From: Spirochaetia bacterium
Lineage (GTDB): Bacteria; Spirochaetota; Spirochaetia; SZUA-6; Bin103
Direction of reading: 5' to 3'
Assembly: GCA_965203515.1 (NCBI GenBank)
Contig: OZ241907.1
Coordinates: forward strand, 2,336,001-2,400,000
Length of the DNA: 64,000 nt
The translations under genes were made by a program, and so were the position numbers. Below are positions 21,426 through 47,387 of this stretch, piece after piece (positions within the stretch are counted from its first letter, which is position 1; each line of letters opens with the position of its first letter). Under the pieces are notes generated by a model that did not search any database, was not told the origin of the DNA, and saw only the letters and a program-made list of their open reading frames with translations.

Positions 21426-23561
21426 TCAGGCGACGGGGGTCTGATTCCGTTCCGCCGCGCGGCCTGCGCGTTGGATGATCTCTTCCTGAACCGCAACGGG
21501 TACGCGGCGGTAGGCAGCGAACTGCATCGTATGATTGCCGCGCCCGCTGGTCATGGAGCGCAGCGCGGTAGCATAGCCGAACATGCACCGCAGCGGCACG
21601 GCGGCGGTGACCACCTTGCCGCCGAAGCGGTCGTCGACCGATCCGATCTGACCCGAACGAGCGCCCAGGTCGGCGATCACGTCGCCCAGATGCTCATCGG
21701 GCGCGCACACCTCGACGTCCATGATCGGCTCCAGGATCGCCGGTCCGGCGCGGCGCACCGCGTCGTGGTACGCCATCGTCGCCGCCACGCTGAAGGCGAT
21801 CTCGCTCGAGTCGACTTCGTGGTAGGAGCCGTCGACCAGCACGGCGCGAAAGTCGACCATCGGATAGCCGGCGATGGAGCCGGTCTCCTTGGCCTGGGCG
21901 ATTCCCTTCTGCACCGCCGGAATGTACTCCTTGGGCACCGCGCCGCCTATGATTCTGCTCTCGAACACGAAACCGGCGCCGGCCGGCAGCGGCTCGAACC
22001 GTATCACGACGTGACCGTACTGACCGCGGCCGCCGGTCTGGCGAACGAAGCGCCCTTCGGCCTCGGCCGTCCTGGTCAGAGCCTCGCGGTAGGCCACCTC
22101 CGGCCGGCCCACGTCGGCATCCACGGCGTACTCTCGCAACAGGCGCTGCACCAGGACGTCCAAATGCAGTTCGCCCATCCCGGAGATGATCGTCTGACCG
22201 ACTTCCGTGTCGTAGCGAACGTGGAAGGTCGGGTCCTCTTCGGAAAGCGCCTTCAGGGCCAGACCGAGTTTGTCGGACTCCGCCTTCGACTTCGGCTCGA
22301 TGGCGATCGACACGACCGGGTCCGGGAAGACCATCGACTCCAGCAGCAACGGCGCGCCGGCGTCGCAGAGGGTATCGCCCGTGGTGGTGCGCCGCGCTCC
22401 TACCAGCGCGCCGATGTCGCCGGTGCGCAGGGCGTCGATCTCCTCGCGGCGATTGGCGTGCATGCGCAGAATGCGCGTGGCGCGCTCGCGCACGTCCGCC
22501 GTGGCGTTGAAGAGGTACGAACTCGAGTGGAGCACGCCCGAGTAGACGCGCACGTAGGTGAGCCGGCCGACGTAGGGGTCGGTGGTCACCTTGAACGCCA
22601 TCGCCGAAAACGGCTCGTCATCGGCCGGCCGGCGGGCGACGTACTCGCCGTCGGCGGGCCGTATCCCCGACACCGGTTCCTTGTCCAATGGCGACGGCAG
22701 GTAATCGACGACCGCGTCCAGGAGCAGCTGGACGCCCTTGTTCTTGAACGCCGCGCCGCAGAGCACCGGAAACAGCTCACCGGCGCAGGTCGCCTTGCGG
22801 AGCACCTCCCGCACGCGGTCGACGGAGATCGGCCGGCCGTCCAGGTACTCCTCCATGAATGCGTCGTCGTGGTCGGCCAGCTTCTCGTACAGCTCGATCC
22901 GGTGTCCTTCGATCGTGGGCAGAAGGTCGGCCGGGATCGGTCGGGCGTGGTACTCGGCGCCCTGCCCGGAGTCGTCCCACTCGATCATCCGCATGGAGAT
23001 GATGTCGATGACCGCGGAAAACCCGGGGCCCTCGGTTACCGGAATCTGGATCGGCGCCGCGTTGGCGCCGAGTTTGTCGTGCAGCTCGTCCACGACGTGG
23101 GCGAAGCGGGCGCCGGTGCGGTCCATCTTGTTGACGAACACGATGCGCGGCACCTTGTAGCGGCTGGCCTGCTTCCACACCGTCTCGCTCTGCGGCTCCA
23201 CGCCGCCGACCGCGCAGAACACGGCCACCGCGCCGTCCAGGATGCACAACGATCGCTCCACCTCGACGGTGAAGTCGACATGGCCCGGCGTGTCGATGAT
23301 GTTGACGACGTGGCCGTGCCACGGGCAGGTGGTGGCGGCGGCGGTGATCGTGATGCCGCGCTCCTTCTCCAGGTCCATCCAGTCCATTTCCGCCTGGCCG
23401 TCGTGGACCTCGCCGAGCTTGTGCTTGCGCCCGGTGTAATAGAGCATGCGCTCGGTCGTGGTGGTCTTGCCGGCATCGATGTGCGCCATGATGCCGATAT
23501 TCCTGGTCCGGTTCAGTGGATGGGTCCGCCCCGATCCACGCCGGTTCGTCCGTTCCGCCAT
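21426..23561 (-). CDS. fusA: Elongation factor G
   Basis: [41 protein letters not shown]. Confidence 0.97.
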   Translation of the reverse strand: MAERTNRRGSGRTHPLNRTRNIGIMAHIDAGKTTTTERMLYYTGRKHKLGEVHDGQAEMDWMDLEKERGITITAAATTCPWHGHVVNIIDTPGHVDFTVEVERSLCILDGAVAVFCAVGGVEPQSETVWKQASRYKVPRIVFVNKMDRTGARFAHVVDELHDKLGANAAPIQIPVTEGPGFSAVIDIISMRMIEWDDSGQGAEYHARPIPADLLPTIEGHRIELYEKLADHDDAFMEEYLDGRPISVDRVREVLRKATCAGELFPVLCGAAFKNKGVQLLLDAVVDYLPSPLDKEPVSGIRPADGEYVARRPADDEPFSAMAFKVTTDPYVGRLTYVRVYSGVLHSSSYLFNATADVRERATRILRMHANRREEIDALRTGDIGALVGARRTTTGDTLCDAGAPLLLESMVFPDPVVSIAIEPKSKAESDKLGLALKALSEEDPTFHVRYDTEVGQTIISGMGELHLDVLVQRLLREYAVDADVGRPEVAYREALTRTAEAEGRFVRQTGGRGQYGHVVIRFEPLPAGAGFVFESRIIGGAVPKEYIPAVQKGIAQAKETGSIAGYPMVDFRAVLVDGSYHEVDSSEIAFSVAATMAYHDAVRRAGPAILEPIMDVEVCAPDEHLGDVIADLGARSGQIGSVDDRFGGKVVTAAVPLRCMFGYATALRSMTSGRGNHTMQFAAYRRVPVAVQEEIIQRAGRAAERNQTPVA

Positions 23562-23588
23562 CGTCGTGTCGTTACCCGTGTCTTCCGT

Positions 23589-24059
23589 CTACCAGCGGTA
23601 GTGCGCGAACGCCCGGTTGGCTTCTGCCATCCGGTGTGTGTCCTCTTTCTTCTTGGCGGCCGAACCGGTGTTGTGGTAGGCGTCCAGGAGCTCGGCGCCC
23701 AGACGCTCGGCCATCGAGCGCCCGCGGCGGGAGCGGGCGAACTGCAGCAGCCAGCGAATCGCCAGCGCCACCTGTCGGTCTTCGCGAACCTCCACCGGCA
23801 CCTGATAGGTCGACCCGCCGACGCGGCGCGACTTCACCTCCAGCAACGGCTTGATGTTGTCGACCGCCTTGCGGAACATGGCGATCGCCCCTTCATCTCC
23901 CTTGCCTTCCAGGAAGTCGAGCGCCTGATAGAAGGTACGCGCCGCCAGCGACTTCTTGCCGCGCAGCAGCATGCTGTTGATGAACCGCCCCGCCAGCGGG
24001 TCGCGATACCGCGCATCGCGCACGTCGCGCCGCTGCGTGCTCACGCTTCGTCTGGGCAT
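23589..24059 (-). CDS. rpsG: 30S ribosomal protein S7
   Basis: EVKSRRVGGSTYQVP; HRMAEANRAFAHYRW. Confidence 0.98.
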   Translation of the reverse strand: MPRRSVSTQRRDVRDARYRDPLAGRFINSMLLRGKKSLAARTFYQALDFLEGKGDEGAIAMFRKAVDNIKPLLEVKSRRVGGSTYQVPVEVREDRQVALAIRWLLQFARSRRGRSMAERLGAELLDAYHNTGSAAKKKEDTHRMAEANRAFAHYRW

Positions 24060-24102
24060 TCCGTCGACTCCCTGCTTCTTCCGATTGCGATGCGGCCGAC
24101 CG

Positions 24103-24477
24103 TCAGGTCTTGGGCTTCTTGGTGCCGTACTTCGATCGGGCGCGCCGCCGATCGTCGACACCGAGCGTGTCCTTGGCTCCGCGCACCACGTGGTAGCGGA
24201 CCCCGGCCAGATCCTTGACGCGTCCGCCGCGGATCAGCACGACGGAGTGCTCCTGCAGGTTGTGTCCGATCCCCGGTATGTAGGCGGTCACCTCGACGCC
24301 GCTGACCAGCCGCACGCGGGCCACCTTGCGCAGGGCGGAGTTGGGCTTGCGCGGCGTGACGATCATCACCCGCGTGCATACCCCGCGCTTCTGCGGGCAC
24401 GACTGCAGGGCCGGGCTCTTGCTGGTCTTGATGCTGCGCTTGCGTCCGTTACGGACGAGCTGATTTATCGTCGGCAC
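24103..24477 (-). CDS. rpsL: 30S ribosomal protein S12
   Basis: GTG start, [24 protein letters not shown]. Confidence 0.98.
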   Translation of the reverse strand: MPTINQLVRNGRKRSIKTSKSPALQSCPQKRGVCTRVMIVTPRKPNSALRKVARVRLVSGVEVTAYIPGIGHNLQEHSVVLIRGGRVKDLAGVRYHVVRGAKDTLGVDDRRRARSKYGTKKPKT

Positions 24478-24601
24478 TCCTGTCTCCTCGTACTCCAACG
24501 ACCGCCCACTTCACGGGAGGCACCCTGTCGGCCGACGGAACCGCCGGCCTGCGACTCAGGCTGACTGCGGGTGTCTGCGGCTTGCGGAAAACCGAGCCGC
24601 T

Positions 24602-24630
24602 ACCCTACGCGCTGCGACACGGGGCGTCAA
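24602..24630 (-). promoter_or_regulatory. Putative proximal promoter for the str operon
   Basis: TTGACG-17 nt-TAGGGT. Confidence 0.45.
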
Positions 24631-24708
24631 GTACCCCGACCTACCTTTTGGCGGAACGGCGATGGGCGCGCGTACCCCGTCGCCTCCGCTTCGGGCCCGC
24701 CGCCGCAC

Positions 24709-24737
24709 AACGTACCGAGCCGGGCGGCGCGTGTCAA
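24709..24737 (-). promoter_or_regulatory. Putative distal sigma70 promoter for the str operon
   Basis: TTGACA-17 nt-TACGTT in the rpoC-rpsL gap. Confidence 0.65.
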
Positions 24738-24780
24738 GCGGGGCGGGCCCCGTCCTGCCGGCCGGTCTCGGTGTGGCGGA

Positions 24781-29034
<4,254 letters not shown>

Positions 29035-29085
29035 GAGGTCCTCCCCTCCTGTCGGAACTCTGCGACCGCGGACCGCGAACGCCCA

Positions 29086-32565
<3,480 letters not shown>

Positions 32566-32636
32566 GCATACTTCTCCTGTCAGCGGGGATGAGACGCGCG
32601 TCGGTTCCGTTGTCGATCAGCGGTTGCGAACGAGGG

Positions 32637-33023
<387 letters not shown>

Positions 33024-33063
33024 CGTCTGCTCCTAAAGCTTTCGTTTCTTGTCGTTCGGTGTG

Positions 33064-33639
33064 TCAACCGTCCGCTTCATTCGCGGCGCCGCCTCGATCG
33101 GCGATCGCCTGGACCGTTCCGATCAGCTTGCGGACCACCTCCTGCACTACCCCCGCCACCGAGCGCACCGGTCCGTTCATGGCGCTCAACAGCATGGCGT
33201 ACAGCTGCTCACGGGACGGCAAGGCGGCGAGCTGCTCGACCTGCGCCGGGTCGAGCAGCTGACCGTCGACGATCGCCCCCTTGATCACCAGCGGCGCATC
33301 GCGCCGCGCGTCGACGAGCACCTTGCAGGCGGCGCCCGGCTCCCTGCCCAGCGTGGCGACGACCGTCGGGCCGGTCAGGTGCGCGTCGGAGGCCGGCAGC
33401 TCCATCGAATCGAGAGCGATCCGCAGGAACCGGTTCTTCACCACGCGCAACGTGGAGTCCCGCTCACCCAGGGCCCGCCGCAGCGCGGTCATCGCGCCGA
33501 CGTCCAGGCCGGTGTAGTCGGCGTACACGGCATTCGGGGTCCGCTCCAGCAGCTCGCGCAGGCTGGCCACCGCTTCGATCTTGTACCGTTGCGGCTCGCG
33601 CGCGGCGACCGCGTCCGGGGCGCTGGCGGCGTCGCTCAT
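33064..33639 (-). CDS. rplJ: 50S ribosomal protein L10
   Basis: ADYTGL; VVKNRFLRIA; LAALPSREQL. Confidence 0.95.
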   Translation of the reverse strand: MSDAASAPDAVAAREPQRYKIEAVASLRELLERTPNAVYADYTGLDVGAMTALRRALGERDSTLRVVKNRFLRIALDSMELPASDAHLTGPTVVATLGREPGAACKVLVDARRDAPLVIKGAIVDGQLLDPAQVEQLAALPSREQLYAMLLSAMNGPVRSVAGVVQEVVRKLIGTVQAIADRGGAANEADG

Positions 33640-34307
33640 ACCGCCACCTTTACGCCCGGGCTCATCGTCGTACAGACCGCGACGCTCCGCAGAAAGTCGC
33701 CCTTGGCGTCGGTCGGCCGCTTGCGCTCCACCTCCGAGACGACCGAGCGAGCGTTTTCGGCCAGCGCTTCGGTATCCATGCCGAGCTTGCCGATCGGCAG
33801 GTGCACGACGCCGGTACGATCGGCCCGGAACTCCACGCGACCCCGTTTCAGCTCGGCGATGGTGCCGGCCACGTCCTGGGTGACCGTGCGCGTCTTCGGA
33901 TTCGGCATCAGACCGCGCCGGCCCAGGATCGGGCCGAGCCGGCCGACGTTGCGCATCATGTCGGGCGTCGCCACGGTCACGTCGAACTCCAGCCAGCCGT
34001 CGCGTATCTTGTCGATCAGGTCCTGGCCGCCCACGTAGGCGGCGCCGGCCTCTTCCGCCTCCTTCGCCTTGTCGCCTTCGGCGAACACCAGGATGCGCTG
34101 CTCCTGCTCGAAGTTGTGCGGCAGAACCATCGTGTCGCGGACCGTCTGGTTGCCCTTGAGGGTAACGCGCACGGCCAGTTCCACAGTCTCCTCGAAGTTC
34201 GCCGGCGGCAGGCTCTTCAGCAGCCGCAAGCCCTCCTCGACCGGATAGGTGCGCCGCCGGTCGATCGCTTCACAGGCGGCTCGGTAGCGCTTGCCGTTCC
34301 GTGCCAT
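33636..34307 (-). CDS. rplA: 50S ribosomal protein L1
   Basis: LGPILGRRGLMPNPK; TTMSPGVKV. Confidence 0.97.
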   Translation of the reverse strand: MARNGKRYRAACEAIDRRRTYPVEEGLRLLKSLPPANFEETVELAVRVTLKGNQTVRDTMVLPHNFEQEQRILVFAEGDKAKEAEEAGAAYVGGQDLIDKIRDGWLEFDVTVATPDMMRNVGRLGPILGRRGLMPNPKTRTVTQDVAGTIAELKRGRVEFRADRTGVVHLPIGKLGMDTEALAENARSVVSEVERKRPTDAKGDFLRSVAVCTTMSPGVKVAV

Positions 34308-34338
34308 TCGCTCGTCTCCTTTCCGTACCGGGCCTTGT

Positions 34339-34770
34339 TCAGGTGTCGACCGTGACGCCCATGCTGCGGGCGGTCCCGGCGATGATCGACACGGCGGCAT
34401 CGTCGTCCACGGCGTTCAGGTCGGGGCGCTTGGTCCGGGCGATCTCCAGGAGCTGAGCGCGCGAGATCGACGCGACCTTTTCCTTGTTGGGCTCCGGCGA
34501 GCCTTTTTCCAGGCCGCACGCCTTGCGGATCAGCACCGCCGCCGGCGGCGTCCTGGTCACGAAGGTAAAGGTCTTGTCGGCGTATATCGTAATCTCCACC
34601 GGGGTCGTCAAGCCCGGCTCCAGCCCCTTCGTGCGCTCGTTGAACTGTTGTACGAACATCGGCGCGCTCACGCCGTGCGGGCCGAGCGCCGGCCCCACGG
34701 GCGGCGCGGGCGTCGCCTGCCCCGCCGGCACCTGGACCTTGACCACCGTGAGTATCCGCTTCTTGGCCAT
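34339..34770 (-). CDS. rplK: 50S ribosomal protein L11
   Basis: [21 protein letters not shown]. Confidence 0.98.
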   Translation of the reverse strand: MAKKRILTVVKVQVPAGQATPAPPVGPALGPHGVSAPMFVQQFNERTKGLEPGLTTPVEITIYADKTFTFVTRTPPAAVLIRKACGLEKGSPEPNKEKVASISRAQLLEIARTKRPDLNAVDDDAAVSIIAGTARSMGVTVDT

Positions 34771-34793
34771 GCTGACGCTCCTTCAGGCCCCTG

Positions 34794-35351
34794 TCAGACC
34801 TTCTCTACCTGTATGAAGTCGAGCTCCACGGGCGTGGAGCGCCCGAAGATGCCGACCATCACGCGCAGCTTCGCCTTTTCTTCGTTGATCTCCTCCACCG
34901 CGCCGGTGAAGGAATCGAACGGGCCGTCGATGATGCGCACGCTTTCGCCGATCACGAACGACTGCTTGGGCCGCAGGGGGCGATCGCCGCTCTTGATCTC
35001 TCCCGCCTTCTGCAACAGGTCGCGCGCCTCATCGGAGGAGATCGGCTGCGGCTTGCGGTTCTTGGTGGCGCCGACGAAGCCGGTGACGCCGTCGATCTGG
35101 CGGACCGCCGCGCACACCTCCATCCACGCGTCGCCTTCCAGGTCCATCTCCACCAGGATGTAGCCGGGCAGGAACTTCCGGGACGTCACCTTCTTCTTGC
35201 CGTCCTTGACCTCCACCACATCCTCCGCCGGGACCTTGGCGTCGAACAGATGGTGCTGCAGGCGCGGGGACTCGATCAACCGCGCCAGGTGCTTGTGCAC
35301 CTTGTTCTCGAACCCGGAGTAGGTGTGGACCACGTACCAACCCTTAGCCAT
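34794..35351 (-). CDS. nusG: Transcription factor NusG
   Basis: WYVVHTYSGFENKV; PGYILVEM; IFGRSTPVEL. Confidence 0.98.
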   Translation of the reverse strand: MAKGWYVVHTYSGFENKVHKHLARLIESPRLQHHLFDAKVPAEDVVEVKDGKKKVTSRKFLPGYILVEMDLEGDAWMEVCAAVRQIDGVTGFVGATKNRKPQPISSDEARDLLQKAGEIKSGDRPLRPKQSFVIGESVRIIDGPFDSFTGAVEEINEEKAKLRVMVGIFGRSTPVELDFIQVEKV

Positions 35352-35409
35352 TCGTGCAAACCGTCCTCAACCGTTCCTTTCCAGCCGTTGCGATTCCGCG
35401 TTCCGCCGC

Positions 35410-35589
35410 TCAGAAGACCAGATCGATCGCCTGAAACAGCAGGAAGTCGATCAACCCCAGCGCGAGCGCGATCAGGCAGACCGACACCAGCACCACTTTC
35501 GTCGAGCTCGCCACCTCATCGCGACTCGGCCACGCCACCTTGCGCAGCTCCGCGTAGCTCTCGCGGAAGAACTGAATGATCCGACCCAC
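35410..35589 (-). CDS. secE: Preprotein translocase SecE
   Basis: Not in the ORF track. Manual translation gives 59 aa: MGRIIQFFRESYAELRKVAWPSRDEV plus a TM helix. Confidence 0.95.
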   Translation of the reverse strand: MGRIIQFFRESYAELRKVAWPSRDEVASSTKVVLVSVCLIALALGLIDFLLFQAIDLVF

Positions 35590-35613
35590 GCTACCGCTTC
35601 CTCAACTCGCTTC

Positions 35614-35688
35614 CAGGCCAGGCAGGATTCGAACCTGCAACATCCGGTTTTGGAGACCGGCGCTCTAACCAGTTGGAGCTACTGGCCT
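35614..35688 (-). tRNA. tRNA-Trp (CCA)
   Basis: Acceptor stem AGGCCAG/CTGGCCT, anticodon loop CT-CCA-AA, GTTCGAATC T-loop; 3' CCA not encoded. Confidence 0.95.
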
Positions 35689-35752
35689 TCCCGATGCCTT
35701 CGTCCCGCGCCCGTTCGCCCTCGATCCCGAACCGTCTCAAGAACGCCGCCGG

Positions 35753-35932
35753 CTACTTGACCCGGGTCTCCCGATGGACCGTGTGGGTGCGGCAGCGGGG
35801 GCAGTACTTCCTGAGCTGCAGCTTGCCCTGCGTATTGCGACGATTCTTGGTCGTCGTGTAGTTGCGAAGCTCCAGTCCGTCGTGCTCCGTGCACGCCAGA
35901 GCCACCAACTCCACCACCTTGGTCTTGGCCAT
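35753..35932 (-). CDS. rpmG: 50S ribosomal protein L33
   Basis: Not in the ORF track. [59 protein letters not shown]. Confidence 0.95.
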   Translation of the reverse strand: MAKTKVVELVALACTEHDGLELRNYTTTKNRRNTQGKLQLRKYCPRCRTHTVHRETRVK

Positions 35933-35963
35933 CGAGAGTACTCCGTTGCCGAAGGGTCACATA

Positions 35964-35992
35964 GGAATACGGGAACGCGGGACGCGTGTCAA
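35964..35992 (-). promoter_or_regulatory. Putative sigma70 promoter for rpmG-tRNA-Trp-secE-nusG
   Basis: TTGACA-17 nt-TATTCC; same CCCGC-TTGACA-CGCG context as the distal rpsL promoter. Confidence 0.6.
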
Positions 35993-36060
35993 GCGGGCGC
36001 ACCGCGCCCTTGACGCACGTCACCCTGACACCGGCGCCCTGAGCGGACGGGCCCTCGACG

Positions 36061-36133
36061 AGCCTCCGACCGGATTTGAACCGGTGACCCCCTCCTTACC
36101 ATGGAGGTGCTCTACCTGCTGAGCTACAGAGGC
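36061..36133 (-). tRNA. tRNA-Thr (GGT)
   Basis: GCCTCTGTAGCTCAG..AT-GGT-AA..GGTTCAAATCC..CGGAGGCT cloverleaf. Confidence 0.95.
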
Positions 36134-36247
36134 AGCTCCTCGCGCATGGCTGCAGTTGTACTACCAAACGCCGGGCGCTGCAACCCCCGGCGGGCGGGGC
36201 TGCGCGGCGCCGGCGAGCGGAGACGCCGCAGGCCGCGGGAGCGGCCG

Positions 36248-36817
36248 TCACGGCCGGAACAGCAGCAGCGCGGACTGCCCGTACCGGCGGTGGCCGATCA
36301 GCGTGAGCGGCACGGCCGCGGTGTCGAGCGGGTCACCCGCCGGGCAATGCAGGACGAGACAGCCGGCCGCTTCCACGATGTCGGCCTGCGCCAGCGCGAT
36401 GAGCAGGCCCTGCTTGTGCGGGTACCGGTAGGGGGGATCGAGGCAGACCACGGCAAACCGTTGCCCGCGCCGGCCGGCGGCCGCGATGAACCGTTCGGCC
36501 GGCGCCGTGACCACCGTCGCCTCCCCGCCGGCGGCGGCGATGTTCGCGCGGATCGTGCGCCGCTTGCGCGCGTCGCGCTCCACCGCGACGATCGGCCACG
36601 CCCCGCGGGAGGCCGCCTCGGCCGCGATGAGACCCGATCCCGCGAACAGATCCAGGAACGAGCGGCCGCGCACGCCGCCGTCGATCGAGCCCGGCGCGCC
36701 GCCGAGCTGGTTTCCGAGGATCACGAACAGCGCCTCGCGCATGCGGGCGGTCATCGGCCGGACACCCGGCGGCACGGCGAGCGCGCGGCCGCGCGCCGCG
36801 CCGCCGGTCACCCGCAT
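36248..36817 (-). CDS. rsmD: RsmD-family 16S rRNA m2G966 methyltransferase
   Basis: MRVTGGAARGR; LDLFAGSG; LDPPY. Confidence 0.9.
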   Translation of the reverse strand: MRVTGGAARGRALAVPPGVRPMTARMREALFVILGNQLGGAPGSIDGGVRGRSFLDLFAGSGLIAAEAASRGAWPIVAVERDARKRRTIRANIAAAGGEATVVTAPAERFIAAAGRRGQRFAVVCLDPPYRYPHKQGLLIALAQADIVEAAGCLVLHCPAGDPLDTAAVPLTLIGHRRYGQSALLLFRP

Positions 36818-38949
36818 GCGGGTTGCCCGGCCGGCGCCGCGGCGCCGGCGTGATGGTGGCGCCGCGCGTCCTCCTGCGCCTGGCGCATCAGATCGAGGTC
36901 CGAGGCCAGCCGCGCGGCCCGTAGCGGCGGCATTCCCGCCTGGCGCGTGCCGGACAGCTCGCCCGGTCCGCGCAGCGTCAGATCGAGGTCGGCCAGCGCG
37001 AAGCCGTCGGCGTGCCGCTTGAGCGCCCGCAATCGTTCCACCGCCTGCGGGGTGAGATCGCTGCCGTAGACGAAGAATGCGTGCGCGGGATCGGTACCGC
37101 GGCCGACGCGGCCGCGCAACTGATGCAGCGCCGCCAAGCCGAAGCGCTCGGCATGTTCGACCACCATGCAGGTGGCGTTCGGCACGTCGAGTCCCACCTC
37201 GACCACGGTGGTCGCCACCAGCGCATGGACGGCGCCCGCGTGAAACCCGCTCAGCACCGCGCGCTGCTCGGCGGCGGCCATGGCGCCGTGCGCAAGGCCG
37301 ACCCGGTACCCGGCGAACCGTTCCCGCAGCCGCGCGTACAGCGCCCGCGCCGACCCGGGAGCATCGCCGGCGGCGGCGGTGGGCGCCGGCGGGCGTATGT
37401 CGGCGGCGGCGAACAGAGCGCCGGTATCGGCCGGCGCCGTCCCATCCGGCACCGTGCCCTCGCCGCCGATCGACGGACAGACGAAATAGGCTTGGCGGCC
37501 GGCGGCCAGCTCCGCCTCGACGTACCGGTAGACCCGCTCCCGGCGATCCTGATGCACCACCCAGGTGCGCAGCGGCGGCCGACCGGGGGGCTGCTCGTCG
37601 ATGGAGGTGAGCGTCAGGTCACCGTAGAAGGTGAGCGCCAGCGTGCGCGGGATCGGCGTGGCGGTCATCAGGATCAGGTCTCCGGCGGGCGCCTTGGCGG
37701 CGACGGCCGCGCGCTGGGCGACGCCGAATTTATGCTGCTCATCGATCACCACCAGTCCCAGGTCGGCGAAGCGGACCGGTTTCGAGAGGACCGCGTGGGT
37801 GCTCACCAGCACGTCGAGGTCGCCGTCGGCGAGGGCCGCGAGCAGCGGGGCTCGGGCCGCCCGTTCAGTGCTGCCGGACAGCAGCCCGGTCCGCACGCCG
37901 AGCGGCTCCAGCAGCCGCGCGACGGTTTCCGCATGCTGGAAGCAGAGCGCTTCCGACGGGACCACGATCGCCGCCTGTTGCCCGGCATCGACCACGCCGG
38001 CGGCCGCCAGCAGCGCCACCAGGGTCTTGCCGCAGCCCACGTCGCCCTGCAGCAGCCGCGCCGAGGTGCGCGGTCCGTCGAGGTCCGCGTCGATCTCCGC
38101 CAAGGCCGCGCGCTGGGAATCGGTCAGCGTGAACGGCAACCGCGCGAGCACCGCCGCCCGCAGCGCGCCGCGCGGCCGGCGCGCCGGCCGCGGCCGGCCG
38201 GCCGGCGAGCGGCGCGCCAACTCGAGCTGCAGCAGGAACAACTCCTCGTACGCCAGAGCGCGGCGCGCCGCCTCCGCCGCCTCCGGGGTCGCCGGCCGGT
38301 GCACGCACGCCAGCGCCTGCGCCTTGTCCGGCAGGCGGCGGGCGGCAGCCGCCTCTGCCGGAACGCGAAACGGGGTCGGCCGCGCACCGGCCGCCAGGGC
38401 GGCGTCGACCATGCGCCGCAGCGCCGATTGCGTGAGCCCGGCAGTGGCCGGATAGACCGGCACGAGCGCCTCGGCGGCCGCCTCCTCCGGGCTCATGATC
38501 TCGAAGCTGCCGGCCGACAGCCGGCCGCGGCGGCGATCGAACCGGCCGTACACCAGCACCCGCTGGCCGGGCAGCAGCGTCCGGCCGAGCTGCGGGCGGC
38601 CGAACGCGTACAGCGTGGCGGCATCGCCGGCGTCGTCGGCCAGCGTGATCGTCGGCGTGGAGCGGCCGCGATAGCGGAACGATCCGACGCGCACCACGGT
38701 GGCGCTCACGCAGGCGTCGCTGCCGGAGTCGACCTGCGCCAGCGGCAGCGGCCGCCGGCGGTCCTGGTACCCGCGCGGCAGATGGGTCAGCAGGTCGCCG
38801 ACGGTGCGCACGCCGAGCCGGGCCAGACGTTCCCGCGTAGCGGCGCCGACGCCGCGGAGCGCCGCCACGTCGTCGTCCCAGGCAAGCGCCGCGACGGGGC
38901 GTTCGGGGCGGCCGGGGCCGGCGCTTCGGGCGTGCGCCGGCCCGCTCAG
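36808..38949 (-). CDS. recG: ATP-dependent DNA helicase RecG (start uncertain)
   Basis: LLQGDVGCGKT; DEQHKFGV; MTATPIPRTL; LHQLRGRVGRG; RGPGE. Confidence 0.95.
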   Translation of the reverse strand: MSGPAHARSAGPGRPERPVAALAWDDDVAALRGVGAATRERLARLGVRTVGDLLTHLPRGYQDRRRPLPLAQVDSGSDACVSATVVRVGSFRYRGRSTPTITLADDAGDAATLYAFGRPQLGRTLLPGQRVLVYGRFDRRRGRLSAGSFEIMSPEEAAAEALVPVYPATAGLTQSALRRMVDAALAAGARPTPFRVPAEAAAARRLPDKAQALACVHRPATPEAAEAARRALAYEELFLLQLELARRSPAGRPRPARRPRGALRAAVLARLPFTLTDSQRAALAEIDADLDGPRTSARLLQGDVGCGKTLVALLAAAGVVDAGQQAAIVVPSEALCFQHAETVARLLEPLGVRTGLLSGSTERAARAPLLAALADGDLDVLVSTHAVLSKPVRFADLGLVVIDEQHKFGVAQRAAVAAKAPAGDLILMTATPIPRTLALTFYGDLTLTSIDEQPPGRPPLRTWVVHQDRRERVYRYVEAELAAGRQAYFVCPSIGGEGTVPDGTAPADTGALFAAADIRPPAPTAAAGDAPGSARALYARLRERFAGYRVGLAHGAMAAAEQRAVLSGFHAGAVHALVATTVVEVGLDVPNATCMVVEHAERFGLAALHQLRGRVGRGTDPAHAFFVYGSDLTPQAVERLRALKRHADGFALADLDLTLRGPGELSGTRQAGMPPLRAARLASDLDLMRQAQEDARRHHHAGAAAPAGQPACG

Positions 38950-39550
38950 AACGGCGAGCTCTGGAACTGCACGACGACCCAGCCCACCACCACGCGGCCG
39001 ACGATCAACGACAGCAGCAGCAGCACGGCGATCAGGCTGAGGTAGGCCACCTTCTGCACCGTCTGACTCCGCTCCATGACCCACCGGCCCAGCGACACCC
39101 GGCGGGACACGAAGGTGACCATCGGCTGCAGGGTCTGGTCGAGCATGTTCAACAGTCCGCCGCCCTGCTCCCAGCGCATCGCGGCGATGAACGCGCGCGC
39201 CACCGACATGATCATGAACACGACCACCAGCACCGACGCCGCTGACCAGACGACCAGCAGTACCTGCGCCAGGACGATGCCGACCGTGACGCGCTGCGAG
39301 GCCGCCAGCCGCTGCAGCAGGTTGCCGGCGACGATCAGGGTCAGGACCGCCGCCGCCGGTGAGAAGTCCAGCACGCCGATCCGCAGGAACCGGAGACGCC
39401 GGAACCAGTGCAGATAGGGGTCGGTCACGCGGGCCAGGATCTCGGTGGGAGCTCCGTGCTCGGCGCCGCGGAACCACGTGACGATGATCCGCAGTGCGAC
39501 CAGCACCAGGTAGACCAGCACCAACGCCTGCAGAAATCGGAACAGATCGG

Positions 39551-39554
<4 letters not shown>
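38946..39554 (-). CDS. YggT-family membrane protein
   Basis: RIIVTWF..LARVTDPYLHWFRR..LDFSP; ATGA overlap with the dnaE stop. Confidence 0.85.
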
Positions 39555-47383
<7,829 letters not shown>

Positions 47384-47387
<4 letters not shown>

